Of a stretch of 64,000 nucleotides of DNA, positions 36,882-49,583 are shown piece by piece (within the stretch, counting starts at the first letter, position 1; each line of letters opens with the position of its first letter). The DNA is taken from assembly GCF_021028975.2 (NCBI RefSeq), contig NC_059425.1, positions 123,256,001 to 123,320,000 of the forward strand, in the 5' to 3' direction. A program made the position numbers and the translations under genes. The stretch is from Sphaerodactylus townsendi. Its lineage: Eukaryota. Under the pieces are notes generated by a model. The model was not told the origin of the DNA, did no database searches, and saw only the letters and a list, made by a program, of their open reading frames with translations.

Positions 36882-39800
36882 TACCCCCCCCTCTCGATGT
36901 TTCTTGACTCAGGTAGTCAAGGGGCTTATCTTGCTTCTAAGCTTTCTCACAAAAAAGCTGGCTTTCTGGCTAGGGGGCTTAGTGCGGGAAGAGATCTGCA
37001 AGCATCTCTGCAGCTTGGTGTGGCTTAGCAGATCAGTTGAATGACGACTCATCCTTTTTGCAGACATGTCTCACCATGTGGTACTTTGGATCAATGTGTG
37101 CTTGGTTACTGTTTCTTCACGTCTTCTTGTTTGGATAGTTTGAGTGCAGCTTTGGTTGTCTTCATACACTGGTATAGGGAAGTGATGGTTCCTTTGCCTA
37201 AGTCTTTTAGTAGCTGGGACATATCCATTGCTTAGTCTCGTGACAAAGCGAGCAGCTGATACATATCTCTGCTTCTGTGGTAGATGCTGCTGTTACTTCT
37301 TGTTTGGTACTTGACTAACTAATAGGACCATTTCCAAAGAAAATGATCTGACCATTGGTAGATGCTCTGTCAGTTAAGTCACCAGCCCAGTCTACATCAA
37401 ACATAAGCTATTAGTGTAGCATCTTTGGTAGCTGGTAGTTTCAGTTTAAGTTCTGTAACTTCCTTTCAAATATCTAGACTTACTCTTTGTAGTGCATTCC
37501 AGTCTTTTACACTGTTGGTGAAAGCAATCTTTCTGCTTAGTAATCCGACTGCTGTAAATTCTTATATCTGGTCGGGTTTGAGTAACTGATGCTCAGAAGT
37601 TTTGTTTACAGCTTCTTTGTACTTGGTGTTATCAGAGAGTTGTTTGGGTGAAGTTATCTTCAGCCTTTTATGTAAACTCTCGTTTGCATAGGAAATGGGA
37701 GCTGAGTACGCCATACTTTGTAGATTCAAGTAAGTTGATTAGGAGTCTGTGGATCTTTTGTTGTTGATTCAGAAGAAAGCTCCCTTGCGTGCTTTCTCTC
37801 TTACGGCAATTTGGATTCCCTAGGTAGTTGGGGCAACTTTTTTTCCTAGTTGTACATGATTTCAAGTTGTTGGTTCAGACATTGTAGTAATCCCTTTGTA
37901 GTCATCTTGAATTCACAATCATAGGCTAAAAAGTAGTTCTTTATTAAAAAAGCAAAAATATAAGTCCATTTTCCATTCTCTGTTTCTTTGACATAAAGGC
38001 ATGAGTCAGCCTTACTTTGTTGAAGAAGTCTGCTTGAAGTAGCACGCTGCTCAAAAAATGTGGATTTGATCTTTATCTGTTGAACTTTCTCATCTGCTTG
38101 CTAGCTGTGTGATGCTGAGTAAAGTTCTTATGGTGGTAAAGTTTCACCGTTGAATCAAAAAAAGTTTCATCAGGTGGTCTTCTTTTCCATTGGTTTGGTT
38201 CATTTACAGTCAATCTTGCAAGGTAGGACTGCTGCAATGGAAGCATTTCCTTTTTCGGGTGTTCTAGTGCGCTCCTCACCTCAATTCTTGGGATTGCATC
38301 CCCCTCGGGTTTGCTGCAGACCTTGTCAGCATTGGGTCAGCATCCCACTGGTCAGGTATTTCATCTGGATCATCTGGTTCTATGCTGATCATCTTTCTGC
38401 CAATCATCACAGGGCAGGGGTCTGGTCATGAGGTGTGAGGTCCCCTCTCTGACAGGGCATGAACTGGTAATCACTTGCATAATCAAATTCAGTCTCTTGA
38501 TTCAAAATCATCTTCACAATTCTCAGAATTACAGTCCTCATTTTCAAAATCCCATTCATCATCATCATTCATCTCTCTGGATTCAAAATCATCATTGTCA
38601 CAGTCACTGAATTCATCAACATTGTAATTCATGTCACACAGTTCTCTGGTATTATAATCCTTCAAACACAGTCAAAGCATTGTTTCTTAAAATCCTTTAT
38701 TCCAAAACACTTTTCAGCTACATGGCTTTGCTGAATAAATGATCTCTCTGTTGTCTGGCTTACATGACTTAGCAAAATTCAATTCTCATGGACTTTAAAA
38801 ATCAGAGTCATAATAAAAATCATTGTTCTCAGATTCATCAAAACAGTCATTGTTTCCTGTAACAGTGTTGTACAGCATATACTCCTTCAATATTATAAGC
38901 AGTCATGCATAATTTGTGATCTCTGGTAACAGTGGCATCTTCCTCCTTTTGAAATGTGATGGCATAGCCTACAGCTTTTCTAGATCAGATATTGCTATCA
39001 GAGATGTATCCATATTTGGTACATATAGCACATTCTCTAGAGTAAATTTTCTGATTGAATTATCAGGTAGCTTGCACTCAATAAGCACAGTGCCTTTTTG
39101 TCTAGCTATGAGACTTGAGCCATTAGCCATGAAAATATGTTGCTGAGGAGTCACATACAGTTTTGTGAAATAGTTTAAATCATTAAAAATACTTTGGGTA
39201 GCTCCACTATCAAGAATAATTTCGCGGATACCCCTCTTTTGGTGGTTTTAAGAAATAGTTAACGACCTGTCCTGTCTTTAAACTTCATCTCATTTGGGTG
39301 GGAGAATATTTTCGTTGGGTGTTATTTGGACATTCGTCCACTAGATGTCCTTCTTGGTGACACCGAAAACACTTGGTATGTACTTTGGCTTTGTAAGGGT
39401 CTCTGGTAGAAGAGCAAGTCACACTTCCTTGTGATTGTCTCTTGCCATTTGTTCCCAAATTTCGCATTCCAAAGGACTGATCTCTGGTTACAGACATGTG
39501 ACCGATCTGTCCTTCATGGCTCGCGTTGCCCTGGCAACCTCATGGAAATTCGACTGCCTCCTCGAAAGTGGCGGTTAATACCCACCTCTTTGTTTGGGGC
39601 TGGTCAAGAAAGCAAAGTTTTCCCTTGCTGGCTGACTTTCTTGAAGTTCCACAATGTAGCGTAACTTAAGCTGATCCTCAGAGGATAATGAAATCTAGAT
39701 GCAGCTTGATCAAATGTCATAGTCTTATCAACGTTCCAACTCAGATATAATCGATTTAAATGAAGATGGCATTGTTAGAAATAAGGCAGACGTTTTAGCA

Positions 39801-40506
39801 CTTTCAGTTAGAGCTTCATTTGCGCTATTGCCCCAACTTAGTAAAAAAAGTCTTCAACTTTTTGTCGGAAATGGGTGAGGAAATCCTCCCCTTCTCTATA
39901 CTTTAGACTATACAGTCCGGCTCGTAATGTGTGAACAGAACCCCAAGGGCTTTCAGCAAATAAGTTTTGTATTTTTTTCAGCACGGCCTTGGCCGTTTTT
40001 AAATGACGAATATGTGATAACGCGGTATTACTCACAGACAAGGAGATCAGGTGTCTGCATTTCCCCTATAGCGTCATCACGCGGATCCATTTCTGTAACA
40101 CAAGTAGCGGCTTTTCTATCTCGAATTCCCTTCTGGGGGCGGATCTTGTCCAGAGACCTCCAAATAATCCTCTGCGTCCAGTGCCAATGTAATACAATCT
40201 CCATTCCAAATAATTATCCCGTGTCAAAATCAAAAGAGAATACTTTCCGTTGTGATTTGCCATTGTGATCAAAAAGAAGGATTCAAAAAAGCCCTCCGGC
40301 AAAACTCCTCCTCAGAGTTCCGGGGAAAAACAAACAAAAGTTAACTCCTTAGTGTCAAGTTCCCTCTCTCATTCAAAAGCTCCAAAACTCCAAAACGTGC
40401 TTTCTCAAAGGTGCTCCTGTTTGCATGTGCGTGCACTCAAAACTTAAAAGCAAAAAACACGGTTGGTGCCCAAAAACAGCTGAGGCAAAAATTAACCTCT
40501 TAAATG

Positions 40507-40522
40507 CTGGGGCCCATTAACC
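40507..40522 (-). promoter_or_regulatory. Primer binding site, tRNA-iMet half-molecule type
   Basis: Minus strand GGTTAATGGGCCCCAG immediately after the 5' LTR. The Drosophila copia-type PBS is GGTTATGGGCCCAG. Confidence 0.8.
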
Positions 40523-41026
40523 TGTTGGAAGATCCACACCTGAATGCGTGTGTATCCCCTTTGAAAATTAGCAGCACAGAGGCTTAACACAGGGAAGCTT
40601 ACCTGGGTACAAAACGACGTGGTTTGAGCTTGGCTGAGAGAGAACTTCAGACACAAAAGAAAAACAGAGTCATTTGTAGTTTCTTATCTAATAAAAAGAG
40701 TATTTATTAGTGAACTCCATTCTGGATAGAAAGGTGGAGAAATAGGTTCACTATCTAGTCTAATCTAGCTGGATGGAGGCGGATGCGTAGGAGACACATC
40801 CTCTCCCTAGGCATGGTGAAAGTAAGAGTAATGGAGAGTGTCCAAGAAGAAGGCGGAAGCAAGGGAGGAAGTCCCTAAGAGTATCAGTCTACATCAAAGG
40901 GATAGACACAGCATGATAGAGTAAAGGTGACAAATTCCTAAGTCCCTATCTAGCCACTAGCTCGCTAGTAAAAACCCCCTCTGTAGGATGAGGCAGGAAA
41001 CAGCGTATAGTCCCTTTCTTCCAACA
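40523..41026 (-). repeat. Copia 5' LTR
   Basis: Direct repeat of 36376-36881, followed by the PBS on the minus strand. Confidence 0.93.
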
Positions 41027-41464
41027 GAGGGGAGGTAGTCACAGGTGCTGTAACATACATTAACACAAATAGCTTTAAACACTCATTATGAATTCCATGA
41101 CCACTACTTGTTATGGCAAAGAAAAGAAAATTTCCCAGTATACATGTCAGTTTCCTCAAGATGCCAAATATTGTGCCTTTGGGAACTTCACTGGTCAGGC
41201 AAATGCCTCTTTCTCCATACATGCTGCATGCACCCTTGTCTGCTTGCATTGGGAGACTGAGGGGATTGCACAGAGGCACATTGTAGCTTTAATTAAATTC
41301 CTTGGCAGTCAAGAACAAGACCGACTGAGTCCCTTTGGTACTAGTGGTGCTGTTAGAGCATCTCAGCACAGCTCTGGCCAACAGTAGTGGTCTAGTAATC
41401 ATGACAATAGGCAAAGCCTTGCCATTGTCACTCAGTCAGATCTGAATCAAGAAGCTCTCTAGCA

Positions 41465-41744
41465 TCATGGAGAAATTAAAAGTGCTTAACTCTAATCTGG
41501 AGAACTGTGTTTGATTCCCTACTCTTCCACATGATCAATTGACCTTTATCTGGTGAACCAGGTTTGTTTCCTACACATGAAGTATGCAGGGTGACCTTGG
41601 GCTACTTCTCTTCAAACTTTCTCAGCCCCACCTACCTCACAAGTTGTGTGTTGTGGGGAGAGAAAGGGAAGCAGTTTGTAAGCTGCTTTGTGACTTCTTA
41701 CAGTCGAGAAAAGCAGAGTATAAATCCAAAGTCTTTTCTTCTTC
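41465..41744 (+). mobile_element. Diverged tRNA-derived CORE-SINE (Squam3-like)
   Basis: CORE-like gggtgaccttgggcta, ctctcagccccacctacctcaca and a tcttcttc tail, shared with the 43792 copy. Confidence 0.75.
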
Positions 41745-43791
41745 AGTGGCAGGCAAGTCAAGCAAGCCTTCACTCAATGTTAGACATTTTCCTGGGCCAT
41801 TTTAACACTCAGCCAACACCAGTGATTTTAATGCAGGCAACACAGTGTTCAAAACATTAAATATGTATTGGAACAGTAACAACAGATCTTAAAAACCCAT
41901 CCCTGTAATTTATTATGGGCCTCACTAGGTTATATTCTCAATGTTCCAGTCCTTAAGATTGTGCAACCCAACCTTTTTATATAAAAGAAACACTTTCTCG
42001 CATCATTTTTCCCAGTCTTTGAAAAATCAGAAAGAAATTGAATATTTCGGAAGGCAGACCAGAACTCACATGAATGGCAGCAAAATGAAATATAGATAGT
42101 CAATTTTGTTTCTTTCTTTGATAGCTTCCTGAATCACTGTATGTTTTATAACCCCTTCTGTTTGTTGTGGAGGATTTCTATTGGGAATTGATCAATGCAC
42201 CTGAGTTTCAGTCTAAGGAAATGACTTTCTTTTTGTCTGACCTATCTATCTTCTTGATAGTCAACTCCTAGTCATCCATTTTTACTAAAAAATAGAATGG
42301 TGAAGTGGAATTGTTTTTGGGTTGGTTTTTTAAAAATTTACACGGTTGTTCAAAATTTCCCCAAATTTAAGAGACTGGCATTAATTTAATGCATCAGTTA
42401 GGAGCCTTCTGAAATCAAGAAAAAAATTCCTCCACTGTAAGGTTGTAATTTACTTGCATATGTGCAAAGCCCACTGAAATTAGTAGGATTATGGATGCTA
42501 GAAATTAACAGCTGATTAACTTATCCCCTTCATTTTAAGTGATAATTCTCTTGTAATAGTATTATAAAGATAAAAATATATTAGCCATAGTCTTGGCAAG
42601 CTACTTAGTAAAACAGAAAACTTGACCTGCGTCTTCTGCAGGAAATGTAGCAAGCATTATACATAAGTCCAGTAGAATGGAACCAAAGGCAAAAGGAGAA
42701 TTTTGCTGGAAAGGATTTACTTCCACACAGAATTGCTTCTAGGTGGGGCCTGGAAATCTCCTTGAATTACAACTATTCTGCAGTCCAGATTAGAGACAGT
42801 TCTTTCTCCAATAACTCCAACCAGCTGAGTTCTCAAGGATTTATTGAAAAACAGAAATCAAAGAAATAAAACATAAATGCAGTTACAGAGATTGTTCAGC
42901 TGAATACATTCTTATGGATCTCTCGGGACATCCAACACAGAGGTGCTTCTCTTAGCTTAGCTCATGATAAAGTCTAAAATCCTTTGTTTTCCCCCTCTCA
43001 GGAAAACTCTGTTCCGGCCACGAGATAATTTAGGCCTTTGAAGTTGCATCCTGGCACCTTTGCATCGTTTCCTGTTCTCCATCCAGGAGATCAAAAGGCA
43101 AAGATGCTTTTCACAGTCATGTATTATTTCTCTTTGCTCTAGCGATAGCATCATTCCATGACAGATTACATTGGAGGGTGGACACTATGACATCTGACTC
43201 TACTAAGGTCCTTCCCTTCCCAAATCTTGCCCTCCTCAGCTGAACTTCACCCACAGGTTTCAAGGAATTTCCCAATCGAGAGCTGGCAACCCTACTTACA
43301 GAAGTAGAAAGATAGTAGGATGTTGCCCATGGGAATGGGTTTAATGAAGAGCATAGCACTTTACCAAGTTTTGTGTGGAACCATATCTCAATTCCACTTG
43401 AAGCTGAATGTGGAAAAGGAATGACTGAGCTGTGCAAAGTAATAGTATGGAACCAGCAGAGATCACATCCTGTTCTCTTATGCCACATCCTGTTTTTCCT
43501 CCCCGTTTGTACGTAAGCCATGTACTTCTGAATCTTTTCCCACCACACATATTTTCTCATCAATTAATATGTGTGCTGCTGCATGACCCTTATATCCACT
43601 TCTTACAACTGAAGAAGCAGCCATCAAAAGAGGACTAGACTATAAACATAAACACACTCACTATTTACTTTGAAACCCATCCTATGATTTGAGACAAATG
43701 TTATGCTTATTTTCATTCAGGTAAACTAAGAGTGATGTGATGCCAGTTTGGGACTAGTTTAGTGCAACATACAGGCTAATTTTCTAAACCT

Positions 43792-44109
43792 GAGGAGCAG
43801 CAGTGGCGTAGTGGCTAAGAGCAGTGGCTAAGAGCAGGTACACTCTGATCTGGAGGAACCGGGTTTGATTCCCAGCTCTGCCGCTTGAGTTGTGGAGGCT
43901 TATCCAAGGAATTCAGATTAGCCTGCACACTCCCACACATGCCAGCTGGGTGACCTTGGGCTAGTCACAGCTTCTCGGAACTCTCTCAGTTCCACCCACC
44001 TCACAGGGTGTTTGTTGTGAGGGGGGAAGGGCAAGGAGGTTGTAAGCCCCTTTGAGTCTCCTACAGGAGAGAAAGGTGGGATATAAATCCAAACTCTTCT
44101 TCTTCTTCT
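43792..44109 (+). mobile_element. tRNA-derived CORE-SINE (Squam3-like), full length
   Basis: A-box-like tggcgtagtgg, B-box-like ggtttgattccc, CORE gggtgaccttgggctagtcac, (TCT)n tail. Confidence 0.85.
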
Positions 44110-47100
44110 AATTTGTCTGAATGTTTGTGACAGTGATCATATCTCCGGTCAAGATGCACACACACCCCAACAAAAAAAAACTTTAAAAGTGCAATGTTAT
44201 GTTTTATGGAAGAGGCAATACTGTGCCCAGGAGCATATTTGTAGCTGTGTTGTTGTGCCCAGGAGCATAGAATCTAATTGTGTAGTCATGCTGGACACCT
44301 TACTGAATTTTGCTGCTATACTCTGTCTGAGAAAGATGTTAGTATGGTCAGTTGAGGTGCCGTGCAACTATCAATAAAATTCTATGCTTCTGTATTAGGA
44401 TATAGTCTTGAAAAATAAGAGAATTGTCATTCATTTTTACATGCTGCCATTGTTAAAATCATTATTTTGTGTATTATTGAACATGGTACTTTGATGCAAC
44501 AGTATTTACACTTCATCAAATGACTATCAAACAGATGGGGGATGAGCAGGGGTATGTAGGCACTAGGACCCAGGTGGAGCATTCTACAACAAACATGGTC
44601 CGACATGTTGAGTCCTGTGGCAGAGGAATATACAGCTCCATTAATATCTTTTTCTGAGACAGACTATAATTGTGTTTGTTTCCTCTCTTTGCCATGCTGA
44701 TGATATACTGAGAATGCTTGAAATGCTTTGATGTATTATTTTTATGCAATATTTGGAGGCTAGGTACTCTTCACTGTGCTACTCCAGGGACCACATGGTA
44801 ATTTTGCCTCCCCCCAATAAAATAATAAACAGAGAAATGCTGCAAATAAACAGGTGAGGGGGAACTGAGTGGGTTGAGAAAATGGCACTGAGGAGGAAAT
44901 TCAAGGAAGCAGAGAAGCATGGGAAACATAGTCAATAGATTGCACAACAACTGAAGACATTTTCAAAACTTTTCAGCTGGAGAATAATTTTAAAAGAGTT
45001 CGTTTAAAACTTTTTGATGCTGGAAATAAAATATTTTGGGGTAAAAACAATGTGGAACTCCATGGAGGAAACATTTTATTCTCTGCCTCAAAACATTTTT
45101 AAAAGTTTGTGCAGAAAGGGCCACTGATAGAAACAGAATACTTAACTAGTTGTGTTTTTGTCTGAGCAAACAAGGTAATTTTTATGTTCTTAGTTGATCT
45201 GTTGATCTGTTGACCTGTTGATCTTAGTTGATCTGTTGATCTGTGAACAGTTGATCTGTTCAGCAGAAGTAAGTGGTAATTCTTTTCATGCTTTTCCTGG
45301 CCTATGCCATCTGAAGTGGTGGGTGGGCAGCTGCCTATTTGAATCCTCCTACATTAAAATTAACCTCATGGTCACTGGAAATACTATGACTCATTCTTCA
45401 CGTGCCAACAAACACTGGTGTACAATTATATAAACCCAGTTTTTTGGGGAGGGACACTTCGCACAGGTCCTGCTTCCAAAATGAGTCTGTCCCGTTTTAT
45501 TTTCCCCAACCCAGCTATTTTGAAAATCGCTAAACGAGTGATTCTTTTGAAAAATCTCAGGTTGGAGCAAATGGCCAGGCAAAAGTCGCTTCATTTGTCT
45601 CCCTTCCACTATGCACTCTACAGTGTGGGAAATGCCATCTGCCATTGCCCTGATATTCCAGGGAGGCCCCTTTTCCTTTTTAAAAAAGAATTGTGGGTTG
45701 CATTTGCATTTGCATAGCTATGCAGGTGTAGCTGGTCATATCAGGGGGGTTCATCTCTGCATGCCTGTGTAGCTACACATATTTTGCCAGAAATTTTTTT
45801 TAAAACCAAAAAGCGTCTCCGTGCAAAGACATGACAGCAGCATGGATTGTTTCTGTGGGCTCCAATCACTGCCTGCACAGGAAGCATGTGAATGAATAAA
45901 CAGGAAAACGGTTCCATGACTGCAACCTATTATATATTTTCTGTGTAGAATCGATTTACGTCAACAAGAAGGATAGGATGAACTCTTTCTCCAAAAATGC
46001 TAGATTGACATAAGGCAGACTTCATCTGGAAGTGAGAAGTATTCAAATACCTGATCCTCATATAAACAACCCCTCCAAAAATATAACATTTGCAAATTAA
46101 ACTAATACACACACACACACAAACATATATATCTCAATGTAATACAGTATCTTTATTACATGAAAAAACTCTTTAAAATACTCATTTAATCCAATTTTTA
46201 AAATTCTGTGGTAGTCACTCCAAAACATGTTACAAAATTTTATTGAAATTATAATCACAGATTATCACCTTGTTTCTATGAACAAATAAACAGATTTCTC
46301 AAATTATTTAGAAAAACTAATTGATCAGTCTTTATTATGGGCATAGACCAGCATAAGGTAGATAAGAAAAAAGATTAATATTTATCAATGAGAGTCCAAA
46401 GAAGCCAATTTTTTTCTATTAACATTGTTTTAGCTAAAGTTTATTGGAAAACATAATAATTACATTTGAGATTACTAGCGTCTTCATTATCCATTTCTAT
46501 ATTAAAAATGTAAATAAAATTCTTTTTAATATGATGTGCTGTAATGGTGGGACCACAAAACTGAATAGCTAAATATTTGTGACTAAATACAAAATGTGTA
46601 TATTCTTGGTTTTATTTTAATTATTAGTTATTTTATTTCCCATGTATCCAGAATATATTCTACTGAAAACATACAGCAAAAATGTCCTCTAGCTCTCTGA
46701 TCAGGCATTTGTACATTATATATACATATATACACACACGTGAAAAACAAATAGCATTGTGTTGCCAAGAACCTGATCACTTTATAAACCTGGACCGCCA
46801 CAGTAACATTACAGAAAAATGACTTAGCATGTGTTTTCCCCACAGTATGATATGAAAAACAACCACTATCCCCACCCCCTGCTCCAGCACATAATCCAGA
46901 AGAATAACTGGATGATATCAGTTTACAAGAACCTCTTGTCCTGCTCAACAGGGCCACGTTCCAGCCTCTCTGGCTCAGCCTGCATTGACTTATCAAAATG
47001 CTGAGTCTTATTTCATCTTTTACACTAGTATGCCATAAAAGTAATTCTATCAATCTTGGACTGCTTTGGTTTAAACTAAATTGTGTGTGTATGAGATAAG

Positions 47101-47842
47101 AGCCAACAAACTAACAAACAACCTTTCCATAAACCCATGACAGAAAGATCTCTTCATGACAGCAGTACTTTTGTGGATGCCAGTGACATGCCTCCAAAGA
47201 GGCTTTTGTTATTTCCCCATTAAGCTTCAGTTTCCCCATAGTTAGCAGGGGTTTAGTTCATTGTAAAGTCTTCAAAGGGAGGGAATTTTAGTTAGCCCCT
47301 GCCCCTTTAAGACATTTTCCCAAGAGGCAGTCTTCCTTCTTTTCCCAGCAATCTCCTGTTTTAGCTTTAGCCAGTCTGTCTGAGCAAGGTGCCAAGGGTA
47401 TCTGGAGACTGTAATATTGGTGATGTATATGGTGGTCCATAGTAGTCTATTGTGATATATAGAGCACAAGATAAGGTTAACAGCAATTAGAACCAGACAA
47501 AGACTGAAAGAACTAAAAGGAAGCAAGACACAGTGGACTGTCTTGAAAGCAACCAAGAGAAGTCTAAAGCTTCAAATCTGCTCAAGACAAGCAAGTACTT
47601 TGATTTAGATAGACCTAAGGGAGGAGTTAGGGTCTTAATTCTCCTAAGTAATAAACCTATTGTAGAGTTGTTGAACCTGGCTTGTGTCTCCCCCACTCTG
47701 TCATAGCCAAGTACAGGGCACCAAAAACAGATTCAGTTGGGGGGCAGAACAGCCAGGCTAGGTTCTTTGGAAGACGCATACCTTAATAAACCAAACAAAT
47801 AACACCCTGGACTGGGATGACTCTAGATGTTGGCATACCAGT

Positions 47843-47930
47843 AATACAATCCTCAGCAGAGTTACACCCTTCTAAATTCAGTGAACTTCAATTAACTTAG
47901 AGGGGTTCAACTCTGCTGAGGATTGCACTG
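47843..47930. mobile_element. Short palindromic MITE
   Basis: caatcctcagcagagtt...aactctgctgaggattg. Nearly the whole ~88 bp is self-complementary. Confidence 0.7.
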
Positions 47931-48219
47931 CAGAATTACTAATAAATGCAAAGTAGATTTCTAAACATTACAGGTGGAAAAGACCTGCAGTGTCTTTGCA
48001 AGGCCCAAAGTTCAATTTTTGCATTTAGTCCTCCAATCAGAATAAGCTCCATTTGAAACAATATTGATATTTATGGAATTGAGGCACACCTCAGTTAAAC
48101 TGGAGTTTGTTCAATGGGTACAGCATCATATTTTTGCATCATACAAGCAAGGATAACTGTGAACAGGACATTTCTCATATCTATGTTAGAGGAGTGCTGC
48201 ACATTATATTGGGTCTCGC

Positions 48220-48355
48220 CACTGGTGGGATTCAAATAATTTAACAACCAGTTCCAGTGGTGGGATTCAAATAATTTAACAACTGGTTGTTTACAAGCAC
48301 CATTTAAACAACCAGTTCTACCAAAGTGGTGTAAACCTGCTGAATCCCACCACTG
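48220..48355. mobile_element. hAT-type MITE (TIR CAGTGGTGGGATTCA) with duplicated left end
   Basis: tggtgggattcaaataatttaacaac occurs twice. Right end gaatcccaccactg. Confidence 0.8.
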
Positions 48356-49132
48356 AGTGCAGCCCTTTGCACAGGGATAAGGAGCCTGAAAATTCATGCT
48401 TCACATTGGTGATCATGGGCTTTAATGAATGTCATGTCTTGCTTTCTTTTGGGCAATTCTCACTGACCTTTTGAAAAAGGCATAGAAGGCTAGGGGGCAG
48501 TGCCTTTTAGAAATCAATGTTTCTGTTTTGCAGTGGGATAACTCTTTAAGGATGATTTGTGGCATCTATGGCATGCCATTAAAGTATGGTTTAACTGATT
48601 GTGAAATAAAACCATCTTACTGCTACTTGAAAGCACTGCTCAGACACTTCAATCCTTCATTGTTATCTCAAGTAGAAAGCTAAGATATTTCTGTTTAACC
48701 ATCATCACTTATCATGTAACTGAGCATTCTAATCTCCTGAGTAGTTCTTTTTGTATGCCTGCTACAAATATGCAGATAATTGATAGATGGGAGTTTATAT
48801 GCTGAACTACTCTAGGAGATAAACTGTCCAGACAATTAGAAACAGCATGATGATGATATATGTCCCAGTGGACTACTAGTTCAATATCCTGAGACCAAAT
48901 CTCAGGGCCATTTTCTATGGAACACTCTGCATCCATGGAATAGGGGGTGGGAGAATGCAGCTGTGTTCTTGGGACTCATCTGTGAGTAAACTGCATGCAT
49001 GACCTATTTGTAAAAGATGTGTTCATGTTCATGTTCATCTTGTAGACATCGGATATTGTACTGGAGCTCAGAACAATATCATGACAGAGGTTGTAGGGGT
49101 TGTAGGGTACATGACGCCGACCCAACCCCTCT

Positions 49133-49583
49133 GGGACCGTTCGCATGAATGGTCCCAGAACCTACTGGGACGACGGCGCTGTGCTGCGCCGTCGTCTGGT
49201 CGACCTACCTGCTCTGTGGCCCTCTGGCACGTCGCCGAGGCCATGGGACACCCCCCCTGCCCAGCGCGACCGCTCCAGAGTCGCAGAGCAGAGGGGGCGT
49301 GTCCCCAGGCCTCAGCGACGTGCCGGAGGGCTGCAGAACAGGTAGGTTGACTGGACATGGGGGGAGGGAAGGCGCCTTCGAGCCGCTGCCGTTCTCACGG
49401 CAGCAGCTCGAAGCCGCCGTTTTCCGTAAACCTCACTCGGGAAGCGAGGTAGGGAAACGACGGCTTCGTGCCTTTCGGGCGGCGCGGCTGCAAAGCAGCT
49501 GCGCCCCCTGTGCGAACGGCTCCCTGGGGACGGCGTTTTTGCTGTCCCCAGGGCGCCGTATTAGGCCCATGCGGAAAGGGCCC
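49133..49583. mobile_element. CpG-rich Harbinger-like MITE
   Basis: Imperfect TIRs gggaccgttcgcatg / catgcggaaagggccc, an internal inverted repeat at ~49204-49347, and a sharp GC/CpG contrast with the flanks. Confidence 0.55.

Larger units (their letters stand above)
36376..41026 (-). mobile_element. Ty1/Copia LTR retrotransposon, full length but non-autonomous
   Basis: Two ~505-bp LTRs with TGTTGGAAG...CTTCCAACA termini and a 5-bp TSD GAGGG (36371-75, 41027-31). PBS and PPT present. Gag start MANHNGKYSLLILTRDNYLEW at 40263, Zn knuckle CFRCHQEGHLVDEC, protease IILDSGAT, RT remnants (QSKADSCLYVK, RPDI) and RNase H remnant (YV.DVDWAG). Confidence 0.95.

Noticed and set aside
43792-43880. tRNA gene
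   Set aside because: The A/B boxes belong to a SINE head, and I cannot fold a cloverleaf.
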